From: Phaeosaccion multiseriatum
Lineage: Eukaryota > Protista > Ochrophyta, other classes
Direction: 5' to 3'
NCBI GenBank assembly: GCA_965112735.1
Contig: OZ218951.1
Coordinates: 1,984,001-2,048,000, forward strand
Length of the DNA stretch: 64,000 nt
The notes under the pieces were generated by a model. That model saw only the letters and a list, made by a program, of their open reading frames with translations. It was not told the origin of the DNA and made no database searches. A program made the position numbers and the translations under genes. Within the stretch, counting starts at the first letter, position 1. Every line of letters starts with the position of its first letter. Of this stretch, positions 47,187 to 60,538 are shown piece by piece.

Positions 47187-47540
47187 TCAAGCCAAGACTC
47201 CCATGGACCACAGGTCACCTCCTGCCTTATCGCTGGAAGTACGTGCACACCCTCGCGCGTCGCCCTCATCCTCGCAGTCACAGGGGCGGCCATTGTATTG
47301 TACCCACTGCTTGATGTCTTCAAAAAACTCCCTCATCCCCGCATCGGTCCACCCCGCCGTGCTGATGTGTGGCAGCGTCCCCGGGCATGAGTATCTGTCC
47401 CATGGACACATGACGCTCTCGGACCGCAGCCCAACATTGGTAGGCTCCTGGCACCATGGACAGCGTCAACACACAATTTTTTTTCCCAATGGTACAGATC
47501 ACGAGCGTTTGCATGCAGCCAGCGCAGCAATACAGCAATA
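47187..47540 (-). pseudogene. C-terminal relic of the CPW-type ankyrin-like family
   Basis: LRWLHANARDLYHWEKKLC and MCPWDRYS..FEDIKQWVQYNGRPCDC align with MCPWNQGS..FEDMKRWAHANGLPCNC at ~28700-28835. Confidence 0.55.
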
Positions 47541-47714
47541 GCAAAATAAATAGAAGCAAGCTGTGGGAAAATGAGAAATGAATAAAGAAGTTGGTGATGG
47601 AGCGTCGCATCTGTGAAGTGTTCTCGACCGCTGCCGACTGCGCCTTCCGATCGCCTTCCCAACCCAACGACTTGTGGCATAGGATATCGGCATAGAGAAC
47701 AATAGGCAAAGAAA

Positions 47715-49760
47715 ATGGTGAAGGTCTTCGTGCACTATGAGGAGGGTTCGGATGCCGAGCTGCACACTGTACTCAAGCTCACGCTGCCAAAGAAGTGGGC
47801 CACGGAGAGCCCTGTCAAAGTGATGGAGGTGAGGATGGTGAAGAAAGCGGAGCAGGGGGGAGGGAGGGGGGGACAATGAGTGGAACAGGGAAAGGGGTGG
47901 CAGGCAGGGAGTGTGGATCTGTCGTAACGGAAGGGACAAGGGAGAGGAGCGAGGGGGGGTTGAGGAGGGATAAAGAGCACGACAAAAAAAAAGTGCGTTA
48001 GTCGTTCTCTCCGCATAGCACTTGGGTGAGAGTGAGCCAACTGCTGCGACGGGCTTGGAGAGGTTTATTTTGACCTCTTTTACCTCTTTCTTCTCCTCTC
48101 CCCTCCCCCTAACCTTTCAATCTCTTTTCCTTACCGGCCGCCTTATGGGTCACTCACTGACTTGACTGCAGCTCTTCCTGGACACGTACAATGGACGTAA
48201 GCCAGAAAACAAGCTGGACTTGGCGGACTACCACTTAGAGACGGCCAGGTATGGTGCGGTATAGTATGATTTGGCCTTCGCATCCATCCAGCGTGGAGGA
48301 GGTGGAGGGGGGGGAGGGGGGGCTCAGGGGCGGGGACGTCCCTGTCCTGGATAGGAGGCTCTTCACGCCTTGTATCGTGTGCATCTGCCGACCTAGGGGA
48401 CGTGATGCCCAGCCCCTTGGAGCTGGTGACCTGGGCATTTAATCGATACCTCCTTTGGTACAATCGTGCACTACCACTTTGTTGCGTTTCTCTTTTCGTT
48501 TTTTGTTTTTTTTTAATATATATATACTCACACACACACAGAGAGAGAGAGAGTGAGAGGGACAGAGAAGGAAGTGGCACGTGTTGACCCTCCACACCTC
48601 CACCCGCTCCCCTTCCCCCTCCCCTCCTCGTTCCTTCCACACCTCCACTCCTTGTGTCACCACCCCCTCCGCCTGACCACGATCAGTGGCATCACCCTCG
48701 CGCATGGCGACGTCATCGGAGAGTGCATGGCCGAGAAGAACGGCGCCTTCTTCGTGCGAAAGGGGCCCACCCTAGAGACCGGACCCTTCCGAGAGGAAGC
48801 AGCCAAGGCAGCAGCAGCGGCGGCCGAGGCAGAGGCAGAGGCAGAGGCAGAGGCCGCAGCAGTGGCGGCGGCAGCGGTGGAGGCGGATCGGGCAGCCGCG
48901 GCGGCACTACAAAAGAAGAGAGACGATCAGGCGGGCAAGGTGCGGTGCCGGAACTTTGGCTGCAATCAATTCTTCGACGAGGCGGAAAACAGGTGCGTGC
49001 GTGTGGGGCGTGCGTGTGTGCGTGCGTGTGTGCGTGCGTGGGATCTCTACAGTGGGGATGGTCAGAAGGCGTGTTTGTCTCTCTCTCTGTCTCAGGCATA
49101 CTCTCCACTCGTTCCTTTCTCATGGGTAACGGTTCTTGTCTCTCTAATTTTGTGTCGTGGTATTCCCTCCCTCTATTTCTGGGCTCTCGTTCTCTCTCTC
49201 TCTGTGTGTGTGTGTGTATATATGTGTGTATATATGTGTGTATGTGTGTATGTGTATGTGGTGTGTGCGGAGCAGCGACCCCACTGCCTGCGGTCACCAC
49301 ACGAAACCGCCCATCTTCCATGACACCAAGAAGGGCTGGGGCTGCTGCGAAAAGCGAGTGTACGACTGGGAAGAGTTCCAGGTGAGGGAGGGAGGGAGGA
49401 AGGGGAGGGAGGGAGGGAGGGGAGGGAGGGAGGGAGGGAGGGAGGGAGGGAGGGAGAGAGGGACGGAGGGAGGGACGGAGGAGGGACGGAGGGAGGAAGG
49501 CAGGCAGGGAGGGAGGGAGGGAGGGAGAGAGAGAGGGAGAGAGGGAGGGACGGAGGGAGGAAGGCAGGGAGGGAGGGAGGGAGAGAGAGAGGGAGAGAGG
49601 GAGGGAGGGAGTGATTTGGCGCTTAAAATCGATGGATGGGGCGGTGGTTTGAATGGATTAGACAAGCAAGCAGGCGAATGGCGGACTGGACAGCCCATTC
49701 CTTACACAGACGCACTTGGACTGACCTTGCCGCTTACTCTCCCACTCTGGGTGTGTGTCT

Positions 49761-49825
<65 letters not shown>

Positions 49826-51458
49826 TCGCTCCCCCTCCCCCCCTCTACAGGCGCTCCCCACCTGCAGCAGAGGCCGGCACAGCTCCGTCCCGCCTGTAGA
49901 GGCTCCCTCTTCCTCGCCTGACGCTAACGCCACCGCCGTCGCCGCTGCTCTCCCGCTCAAGTCCATTTCCGACTACAACAAGGTGAGGGAGCTTACGTAA
50001 GAATGTATGTGTGTGTGTGGGGGGGGGGGGGGGTGCGTGCATGCCCAGCGGCGGCGAAGGAGGGCATAAGACTGGCGTTTCGTTTCGGTTTTTCTTCTTC
50101 TGTTCTGCCTTCCCTTGCGTCCGTACCTTCTTGTTTGCTCTTGTCTCCCCCTCCCCCTCCCCCCTACCCCCCCCCCTGTTAGCTCCCTCTCCTTCTGTCT
50201 CTCCATCCCCGACCCACTTTCTCCGCAACACCGAACACGAAACACGCTAAATCACACACCCTCCTCCTCCTCTTCCTCTTCCTCCTCCTCCTCCTCCTCC
50301 TCCTCCTCCTCCTCCTCCTCCTCCTCCTCCTCCTCCTCCTCCTCCTTACTGTCTCAAAAGTCGAATCCAAACGCTGTAACCGCCGCGAGCTCGGCTGTGA
50401 AGACCGTCATGGAGAAGCCCAAGTGCACGAGGAGAGAGGACGGTACAGCATCGTGCATCAACAAGGGTGAGAAAGCCTCACTACTTTACTCATTGACTGA
50501 GAGACTGACTGAGAGACTGACTGAGTGACTGACTGAGAGACTGACTGAGAGACTGACTGAGAGACTGACTGAGTGACTGACTGAGTGAATGACTGAGAGA
50601 CTGACTGAGAGACTGACTGAGAGACTGACTGAGAGATTGACTAAGAGACTGACTGAGAGACTGACTGAGAGACTGACTGAGTGACTGACTGAGAGACTGA
50701 CTGAGAGACTGACTGAGTGACTGACTGAGAGACTGACTGAGAGACTGACTGAGAGACTGACTGAGAGACTGACTGGAGACTGACTGAGAGACTGACTGAG
50801 AGACTGACTGAGAGATTGACTGATAGACTGACTGAGAGACTGACTGAGAGACTGACTGAGAGACTGACTGAGACTGACTGAGTGAGTGTGCATGCGGATG
50901 TGGATGATGATGATACTGATGATGATGATTGTTGGCTGATCGGCGCTCAAGCGAGCAAGTGCTCCCTCCCTTCCTTCCATCCTTCCCTTCCCTTCTGTCT
51001 CTTTTGTTCTGTCTGTATCGCTCAGGCTGCCAGAAGGACTTTGTGGTCGCCGACAATCACGCCACAGCCTGTACCTACCACGTCCAGGTATATGGGTGAC
51101 AGCTTTGGTTGACAGCTTGGGTCATTGTTGGTGATGATGAGGACGATGCTGCGTCGTCTGCTCTGTTTCTGTTCCGTTTCTGTTTCTGCTCTGTTTCTGT
51201 TCAGTTTCTGTTGCTCTGTTTCTGTTTCTGCTCTGTTTCAGGGCGGCTTTCTCACGCCCCACCCGCCGCCCCTCTCCCCCCCTCCTCCTTCCTAATCAAC
51301 TGCCATCAACTGCCATCCGTCAGGGCCCTGTGTTCCACGACACCGGCAAGTATTGGGCGTGCTGCCCCGGCGTGGTGAAGTACGACTTTGAAGACTTCAC
51401 AAACATCAAGGGGTGCACCACCGGGTACCACAACGACGGAAGCGGCGACCACTACTGA
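47715..51458 (+). CDS. double-CHORD zinc-binding protein (RAR1/CHORDC1-like Hsp90 co-chaperone), 8 exons
   Basis: Exons 47715-47828, 48172-48248, 48687-48992, 49276-49381, 49851-49982, 50361-50466, 51026-51087, 51324-51458. CHORD1: CRNFGC..CGHH..PIFHDTKKGWGCC..CSRGRH. CHORD2: CINKGC..CTYH..PVFHDTGKYWACC..CTTGYH. Confidence 0.92.
50495..50885. repeat. intronic (GACTGACTGAGA)n minisatellite
   Basis: Directly visible 12-bp unit; source of the spurious SLSQ/SLSV ORFs. Confidence 0.9.
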
Positions 51459-52490
51459 CGGAATGAATTCCATATTGATTCATTCTTTTGAAGTACCACA
51501 ACCACAGAAGCCGATCGCAATGGGGAATTGGTTCACATTGATTCATTCCCCGCCACAACGACGGAAACGGCGAGCAATGCTGACGACTGACGACTGGGAA
51601 GACTGATGGGGGGAAAATGCGTTCACTCATGCTTTTTTCTTTTTGCACCACAACGGCGCTTGGATAGGACCGCTCCTCCTGGCGGAATGATGCGCCGCTA
51701 TGGCACCGCTATGGCGCCGCTTTGGCACGGCTATAGCGTCTGATGCATCATGAGCTAAGCGGCGGGAGGGATTCTTTCTGTCATTCAAGAGAGCAGCGTT
51801 TTTGTGCCCCACTAGCCGAGGGGGGGGGGGGCAACGGGAGCGTGGGTGGGCCGCACCGAGCAAAGACTTTTAAGTTTGCATGTGCGTTTCTTGTCCGATG
51901 GCCGTTTCGTGTCAACCGACACAACGTGTATTTCTTACTCCTTACAGTACTTTTAAATTCTGAAAAAATGAGTGCTTTGTTCTCTCCAAGAGCCGCACAC
52001 TGGGTGCTTCTCCTCCCTGCCTGGTGCTGGCACGGCCTGTGTATAGCCTGCGTGTAGCGTGTCCTGTCCGCCTACGACAACACCGTGCCCACATGACTAC
52101 TTCCCCCTCCCCACCCCCACAAAATTCCTCCCCGCCCTACTCATTAATACTAGCCTACAGTCAAAGCACACACTCGTGCGAAATACACAAACCATCCATC
52201 GGCACGCACGCACACACACACACACCCAGCACGAGCATGTTACAGTTGCATCGTTACAGCCACCCTTCCCCTCCCGCCGATGGATCCATCTCCTAAGTAG
52301 GCAGAAATGTAAGTATATAGAAGGCGAGAGTGAGAGACAGAGAGAGAGGTGATGCCTCTTGCTCCCTCTCCTCCTCCTCCTCCTCCTCCCCGCCCCGGGT
52401 ATATGCCCATACCATGCACCCGGGCATATGGGCATATCACATCACAGCTTTTCGGCCGCCCCTCACCCCCCTCTTCCCCTCACTGTCCCC

Positions 52491-55400
52491 TCAATGTTCG
52501 CTCGGGCTCTCAAAGCGTGCGATAAGGTTGCCGATCTTTCGTCCGCTCACTGCCGCCTGCAGCCCTGGAGACGTGGTGCCAATGGGAGGCCTTCCTTTTG
52601 AGCCCCCGCCGCCGCCGCCACCGACGCTGATGCTGTTGCCGCTGATGGAGATGCTGCTCACATTGCTCTTGCGGCCGACGCTGCTGATCTTGCTGCTGCT
52701 GCTGCTGCTGCTGCTCCTGTTGTTGGGGTTCGTGTTCTCGAGGTTTGCCTGCTCCCCCCCCTCTACGCCCCCTTCTTGCTGCTCCCCCCCCTTGCCTTTG
52801 CCTTGGTTGACGCTCAACCCATCGCCCTCATCGGGAAGAGCGTCGTCCTGACACCTGCCACCGCTGCTGTCCCTGCTGCTGCTGGTGTCAGGACTGGCCA
52901 TAGCACTGCCCATACCCATAAGACTGCTGCTGACACTGGCCCCACTCACCCCGAGCCTGCTGTGCCTGTGCTTGAGGCTCGTGGCGGGGGTGTAGAAGCT
53001 CCTGGCCGCCATGGCCTTAATCCGCTTCTCTTTGGTGCTGGGAGTGGCAAAGCCTTCCGCCATCCGTACCGCCCCCTCGACAGTGGCAGTGCTACTTCTC
53101 GCACCCCCTTCACCACCCCCTTCACCACCACCACCCCCAGCAGCAGTAGTAGTACCATCCGCTCTGTCGTCCACGTCGCCCTCGACATCGCTGTCGGCAG
53201 AGTCGTAACCGTCGTCACCGCTGCTGCTGTCGTCGTCATCCCCGAAGCCAATATTGAGTTGGTCGTACTCCACCTCGTCGCCAGAAGTGTCGTCGTACGG
53301 ACAGGGGGAGGGGCAGGGGGAGGGTGAGGAGGCAAAGGGACAGGGAGAGGAAGGAGCGGAGCCACAGGATAGCGCCCGAGCCGCTTCAGCCACAGGACTA
53401 CGCACAGCAGCCGAAGGAGGAGGCGAGGACGAATGAGTATTCGGTTGACGCCCGCGTGCTACCACTCCCTTGGCCGGGGTAGCGATGCGAGGCCTCCGGC
53501 GGGGGCTCTTGCTGCGACGAGGGCTGCGGCTGCTGCTGCGGTTGAAGCTGCATCGCCGGATAAGGGCAGCCGCCGGGGAAGGAGAGCGAGACGAAGGGGC
53601 AGCTCCACCCCCTCCCCGCCGTGATGAGGAGGAGGGGTTAGGGGAGGAACTGCTTCCCCGCCTGCTGGCGAGACCCTCGTACACGCGAGACAAAAGCCCC
53701 TTCTTGCTGCCGCCCTTGGAGCTTGAAGCGTCGCCGACTTCCCCCCCTGGTCCCTCCTCCTGCCCTTGGCCTTGCCCACTGATGCCGCTGTTGGTGCAAG
53801 GACTGGGACAGAGACTGCCGCTGCTACCCACCGCCTCCCCAACCGTCGCCCCTGACCCCGCCATGTGGCTCACCCCTCTGCCCAGAGGGCTGCGGCTGCT
53901 GCGGCGCCTCATTCGAACCATCTGCGTAATGGTGTCGTCGTCTTTCCGCCCGTCGAGCACCATGGGCAGCGGCACCACGCTCTCTCCATTCTCTCCATTC
54001 TCATCCGCACAGCTGTCGCCGCTTCGTCCGCTGGTGGCAGCGGCCACAGCCGCCGGCGAGAGTCCGCCCTCCTTACCCTCGGCCCCCGCATGAAGCTCCT
54101 TGCTGTCCTTCCCACTGCCCTTCTCGCTGCTCTCGCGGCGGTTGAGGGAGGAGCGGGCCATAGCCGTGCCAAATCCCCTGCTGATACTGCTGTCGCGGCG
54201 CGACTGGGGCGAGGCAAAGCGAGAGTCAACGCCATCACCATCGGCCTCACTGGACAGGGAGACGGCCACAGCAGGAAGACCAGTTGGTGATGCAGCCGCG
54301 TCAGCAGCAATCACGCCCTCCTCTTCATCCTCTGCAGTCGTCGCCGCTGTGACTTCGCCGTCGTCACACACCACTTTGCCCCCGTGACCGGGCTCTGCAC
54401 AATCACTCTCACATGTAACAACTGCTGCCTTAACACCAATTGCTGCTTCTGCTGCTGCCGCCGCAGTTGTCTCGTCGGTTTCAATCTCGGTGTCGCGGGC
54501 AGTGCCAATCGTAAGCGCCAATAAGTCGGCCTCTGAAGGTGACGAAACGTCTTCCTCCTCTGCCTCCTCACTTTCCGCCCCTGCGCCTACCCCATTCCCA
54601 CCTGTTGCTACTGTATCACCAACTGCTGCAGCGGCCTCAGCGGTGCGATCGCTCGACACCGTCACTGTGGCGCTGTGCTCGTCGTCGCTCGCCGCGTCTA
54701 CCAAAGTATCCTCCTCCTCCACGCCACCCGTGGCCGCCTCCACCGCCTCCGGAGCAACCACGTCACCCCCCTCCTCCTTCTCCTTCTCTTCCTCCACTTC
54801 CTCAGTCACACCCGGTGGTGAATGAGCGGTCGCTTCAGTGACCTCCTCGGCGGCATCAACGTCGGCGGTATCCGTGGTATGAGTGGTGGCACCGGATGCG
54901 GCGGGAGAGCGTGCATCGTCATCATCATCATCACCACCATCGACAGTTGCTTCAGCTTCACTCTCTCCTCCCCTCACTGGGCTAGGGCAAGAGTCCTCCG
55001 AAGCAACCGCATGCGCCACCGTAACCGCGTAGTCGGCGTGTGTCTTGATCTGGAAGCTGCTCGCCCTCTCCGTCATCAACCGCAAGTCCCCCTCCTCCTC
55101 CTCCGGTTGGTCACCCACGTCCTCGCCCTTGTCGTCGCCATTGGTGTCGCCGCTGACAGGAGGAGGAGGAGGGGGAGGCATCTGCATGCCCATGTCAACA
55201 TCGCTCTCCACTGCGTTTCCCTCTGCTGGTGCTGCTGCTGTGGCCTCACCCCCTCCGTGTGCATCGAGAGTGAGCGCAGCGCTTTTGTCGGCGCTCTGGC
55301 CCTCGGCGTGCACCACTTCACTGACTTCACTCCTCGGCTGTTCCTCTTCTACTGCCGTCTCTTCCTCATCCTCGTCCACTGCCATCTGCGCCATGTCTGC

Positions 55401-58400
55401 TGTCCTCTGCTCCTCGGCAGACACAGAGACCCTCTCCTCCACCGACTCGGTCATCGTCGGCTTAAACTCCCCCCCCTCCTTCTCCTCCTTCTCCTCCTCC
55501 CCCGCCGTTCCTCCTCTTCCGCCTGCCTCGGCACCTCCTTCCCTGACAAGGATGGCGTCGCCCTCTCGCTCATGAACGCTCTCGTCGATCAGCAGGTCCT
55601 CCTCCGACAGCGCCGCGCAAGCATCTTCGCCAGCGTGTTTGCCAGCGCAGTCGGCAGAAAGGACATCAAAGACTTCAGCGCCGCCCTCGACGGGAGGAGC
55701 AGCCGCAGTCGCAGTATCGCTCCGGGTTGCTGTAGCTGCAGCTCCAGCAGTTGGTGATACACCCCTAGTCGAAGGGATGGCGTCGCTGTCTTCTGTCCGT
55801 ACGTGCTCCTCCACAACCGCCGCCGCCGCCGCTGGAGCATCAGGCACAGGCACCGGCATCGGGGTGCCACCGAAGGCAGGGGCGAGTAGCTGTGCCCCTC
55901 CGGGGGGGTGAGCACGGGCCATCGACGCAGCGCACTCTCTCCGCGGCGCAGCGGCAGGAACCGTCGTAGTTGGTGATACAACACCAACAACAGAAGCAGC
56001 AGCTTCTCCAACCTCCGTAGCAGCGGCTGGGCGAGCCTCCTCCAAGGCGGCATGGACGACAGGAGCAGGAGCGGGCTTCATGGTTGCGTAGTACTCGTAC
56101 GCGAGGGGCAACTCCGTCATCGCCTCCAGGGTGGCAGGGGTGGTAGCCATCAAGACACCAGCAGGTGCAGAAGCAGTTGGTGATACAGCAGGGGCGCTGG
56201 TACTCGCCGTAGGCAGTGCGCTAGCAGCAGCAGCAGCAGCAGCAGCAGTTGGTGGTACATCAGGGGGAAAAGAAGGAGCAGACGATTCCACATAGGCCGC
56301 CAGCATCGCTTCCACTCGGCGGCGCTTCCTCCCCTCCCCCTCCTCCTCCTCCTTCTCCTCCATGTCGTCCCCCCACCCCCCCCCCTTCTTTCCCCTTGCA
56401 GCAGGCAAGTACGGCCGCAGCAGACGCAACCCCTTCTCCGACAGCGCTGACGACGGCGACAGGGGCGACAATAGCGCGGCTGGACCACCTCCACTCCCAT
56501 TGCTTGCACCAAGGCTTGCCCCAAGGCTGGCCCCAAGGCTGACACCGAGGTTAAGCTTGAGGATGGTGGCGGTGGTAGCGTGCCCTCCCTGCTCGGCGTG
56601 GAAGAGGGCACTTTTACCTGCCTTGTCACGGATGGAGGTCTTGGCGCCACGGAGCCGCAGCACCGCCACAGCCGCTTGCTGTCCGAGGCTACTCGCCACA
56701 ACCAAGGCCTGCGCGCGCGCGTGTGTGTGTGGGGGGGGGGGAGAATTGGCGAATGAATAAACGGATGAATGAGTGTGATAAGTGAGTGAGGGGATGAGGT
56801 AAGGCAGTGGATGGAAAGGAAGGTAGTTGATTGTTCGAAGTGGCAGGCAGAGCACACCAAAAACAACAATGACAACTGCAGCAGTAGCTGCAGCACTAAC
56901 AACAACAACATGAGCAAAGGAGTGGAGCTTTGAGTGCAAAGGGCTGTATCACCAGCTGCTGTTGCTGAGGCTGCTGCTGCTGCTGCTGCTGCTGTATCAC
57001 CAACTCCTGCTTCTTCTTACCGTGCTCCCGTCCCGCTTGCGTGCATTGATTTTGGCCCCTCTGTCCAGAAGCAGATGCAAGGTGGTCCCCTGTGCCTCGC
57101 TGCCCTCCTGCTGACACGCGTAGTGCAGCGCCGTGGATCCGGTGCGGTCGCTTTTGTTCGGTTTCGCCCCTCCGTCCTGAGTAGTACAAGTGGAGGAGGA
57201 GGAGGAGGAGGGGGGGGGGTATGTAGATTTTGAGTTTGAGTTTTGTGGTTTCATGACGATGATGATGATGATGATGATGGTATTATGCGCGTCTTGCGGG
57301 ACAAGAAGACTGCCGTGGTATCATTATGACCAACAGCAAGAGTAAAAGCCCCACCTACCAGCGCACCCACCCACACACAAACAACAAACGCAACACCCAT
57401 CCAGACACAAACTTATCCACACCCACACCCACACACGCACCAGCAGTGCCTCCACCACGGCCGCCTGCCCCAGCGCTGCTCCCCCCATGAGCGCCGTGAG
57501 CCCTTCCGAGTCGGCCTTGTCGGTATCAGCCCCCTTGCAGAGGAGGGCGTCCACCACGTCAATGAGGCCCATCACTGCTGCGGCCATCAAGGGCGACACC
57601 CCGTCGTGGTTCTGGGCGTTCACGTCGCTGCCGTGGGCCACCAGACACAGGGCCGCGCCTCTGTTCGTCATGTTTGTGTGGGGATGTGTGTCAGGGGGGG
57701 GGGGGTTGAGTGAGGTGAGTGTGGACAGCAATTGAGTCAGTCAAGGTGGCGCAAAACGAGGCTCGGTTGGTCGAGTTGGTAAGGCAGACAGGACAGGCAC
57801 ACATGCACGCGGAAAGTAAGCCCTTTCTTCCCCTCCTTGCCCCCCGAAATGTCACCCCGGTACACGTTTCGCTCGACGTTGAGATGAACAGACACACACA
57901 CACGCACCGCAGGCCCGCCTCGATGGCGAGGATAAGAGCGGTGGAGCCCTCCCTGTTGGTGGCCTCCATCTGCGCTCCTCCCGTCACAAGCTCTCTCACG
58001 GCAGCGACACGGCCGCTCTGGGCAGCTCGCATAAGAGCGGTGAAGTCCCACGTGTCTGTGAGTTCGAGGGAGGCAGAGGCAGACACCAGCATGCGCACCA
58101 CACGGTGGCGGCCCTGCTCGCTGGCCTTGATGAGCGCCCTTGAGGAGTGGGGAGAGGGAGGGAGGTGGTGGGAAGGTTGAGAGGTTCGGATGGAGAGCGA
58201 CAGGCTGGGGGTCAGGGAGGGAGGGGAGGAGGGAGGGATCGCTGAGGGAGGGGGGGGGGGGAGAGGAAGGTATGGAGGAGTGTATAGAAGGTGCAAGGAC
58301 TGAAAAGGAAAGAGAGAAACGGGTTCGTTCCGTTGCTAGAGGGCTGCAGATGCGGGGAAGAGAAGGGCAAAGCCAACGTACGTGGTATCGTCCACTTTGC

Positions 58401-58989
58401 AGACCGCGTCGACGTCGCACCCCGTCTCCAGCAGGAGTCGCACGGTCTCCTCCCTCCCCATGCAGCAGGCGTGCATGAGGGCAGTCATGTCGTTCTCGTC
58501 GCGGCTGTCCAGTAAGGCCTTCAACTTCACCGGCATCGATGCCTTCGCCGCCGCCGCCGCCTTTGCGCTGAATTCCCTACCCCCACCGCTACCTTCAGCG
58601 GCAGGAAGGGTGGAGGAGAGTGCTTCCTTGCTCCCCTCGCCCTCGAGGCAAGAGCGGAGCAGCTTGTCCACTTGTTCGGTGATGCCGTCCTCGGCGAACC
58701 GATGGAAGTCGTCAAGAGAGCACTCCTCGTCCCCTCCCTCTTGCCCCTCCTCGTCTGCCCCCTCGGCCATCTCTCCGTCTCCAGCCTCACCCTGTGAGGT
58801 ATCTATGGCGAAGCTCATCCGCCGCTGCTTCCTCTTCTCCACAGCTGGCAGAGTGAGAAGGGAGCACCGTCTCTTGAAGGGGGAATCACCCTTCTTCTCT
58901 TCCAGTCTGTCCAGTCTGTCCAGGACGTCCATCCCCTCCTCCTCCTCCTCCTCTTCCTCGCCTCGCTCCTTGTTCCGCCGCCCCACCAT
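52491..58989 (-). CDS. ~1,810-aa protein: N-terminal ankyrin repeats + ~1,350-aa low-complexity disordered tail, 5 exons
   Basis: Exons 58989-58382, 58138-57908, 57660-57441, 57176-57021, 56708-52491, all in phase; ankyrin motifs MTALMHAC, FTALMRAA, STALILA, VSPLMAA, LTALMGG, STALHYAC, KSALFHA. Confidence 0.8.
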
Positions 58990-59310
58990 CTTGCAATGGA
59001 CCTTAGCAGCAGCGCAATGCCTCCAGCCCAACTCCTCGCCTCTCTCTCCTCTCTAGCTGAGCCTGGTGAGGGTATTTTTTCAGTCGAGCAAAAATGCTCA
59101 ACAGGATAAGGGCTGGTAAGGTTACGTAAGGATGGCAGCAGAAGGATTGCGTTCCCTCCACCCTCTCCCTTTCCTTGCATTAAAGGCTTTGGTACTGGGG
59201 GCGCAGCTCCCGCGTTATTGGAGCTGCTCCTTGTGCTGAAGGCCAGCTCATCGCTGCACTGTAGAGGAAGCCGGATCTCCGCAAGGGAGGGGAGAGCGCC
59301 TTGCTTCATC

Positions 59311-60485
59311 ATGATTTCAAGCGTCTGCCGAACAAGGACGGTCGCGTCTACAAGAATTCAGAGGACAGCCGTAGCAGCAGCGAGGGCGGTAGGAGGAAGG
59401 GCACATCACGCCGCCGGTGGGACGACAGTGGACTTGGACGACGCGGTTATGGACAGGACTGGCCACGAGGAAGCGCATCACTGTGATACTGAGTCAGTGA
59501 CGGTCGCCCGAGGTGGCCGGAGGAGGGCTCATCACGGGAGCAGTGGGTGTAGATACGACGTGGACAGAAGGAGATTTAGCAGCAGCAGTCGCTGTAGCAG
59601 TAACAGTAGCAGCAGTGATGGCAGCGGCAGCGGTGGCAGTAGCAGCACCGGCCGGGAGAACGAGAACGAGAGCACGGCCCTGATCGCCAAGCTAAACAAG
59701 CAGAGTAACAGCCTGAGGGCCGAAAAGTACTGGACGGGGGGTGGCATTACAGACGCCAAGGATCTGGCAAGTTTGCGCAAGTTCATCTTTGCGGACCGCG
59801 CTGTCACGCCGCTGCCCAAGGTGGCAGAGACGGAGGGCAGCGGATGGGCAAAGTGGGCAACGCCGGGCTTCGTGGGGAGGAAGTTCCGGGACACATACGG
59901 CCGGACCATTCTCATCGCCGCGGGAGGAGAGGCGCTGTTTCGAGCGTGCTACTACCAGGTGGGTGGGTCGCTCTCTCTCTCTTGTCTGTCTCTTTCGTCT
60001 CTCTGTCTCTGTCTCTGTTTCTCCTTCCACCTCTGTCTGTCTGTCTGTCTGTCTGCCTCGCTCTCCTCTCGATCTGAGGCGGCACATCGGAGCGCCATGC
60101 TCAAGCACCCTCCCCGCCGCGCCCGTCCATCCGTCGCCCCACGCAACTTTTCTGCTCTTTCCACCAAACGTCATGTAATACCTACCCACCTACCCACCTA
60201 CCCACCCAACTCCTCACATCTCAGCGTTCGTTCCATCTGAATCCTGCCTTCTCTCCCCCTACTTGCTTTACATCTGAATCCTGCCCCCCCCCCCTCCCCC
60301 TACTTCCACTCTCAATGCACAGGGGCGGAGGTGGCTTTGGCAGAAGCACGGAGGCATCAGCAGCAACTTCCGCGCGCGACACGTGTGGCTCGCCGTGCAT
60401 GTATGGATGCTGCACAGGCGGCTGTTGAAAGAGGTGAGAGCAAGGGCGAAGAAGGATCACCAATGGAAGACAGGCGGAAAGGATC

Positions 60486-60538
<53 letters not shown>

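Noticed and set aside
46594-47541. 315-aa plus-strand ORF
   Set aside because: Spans a (GA)n microsatellite and the antisense of an ankyrin relic; no motifs.
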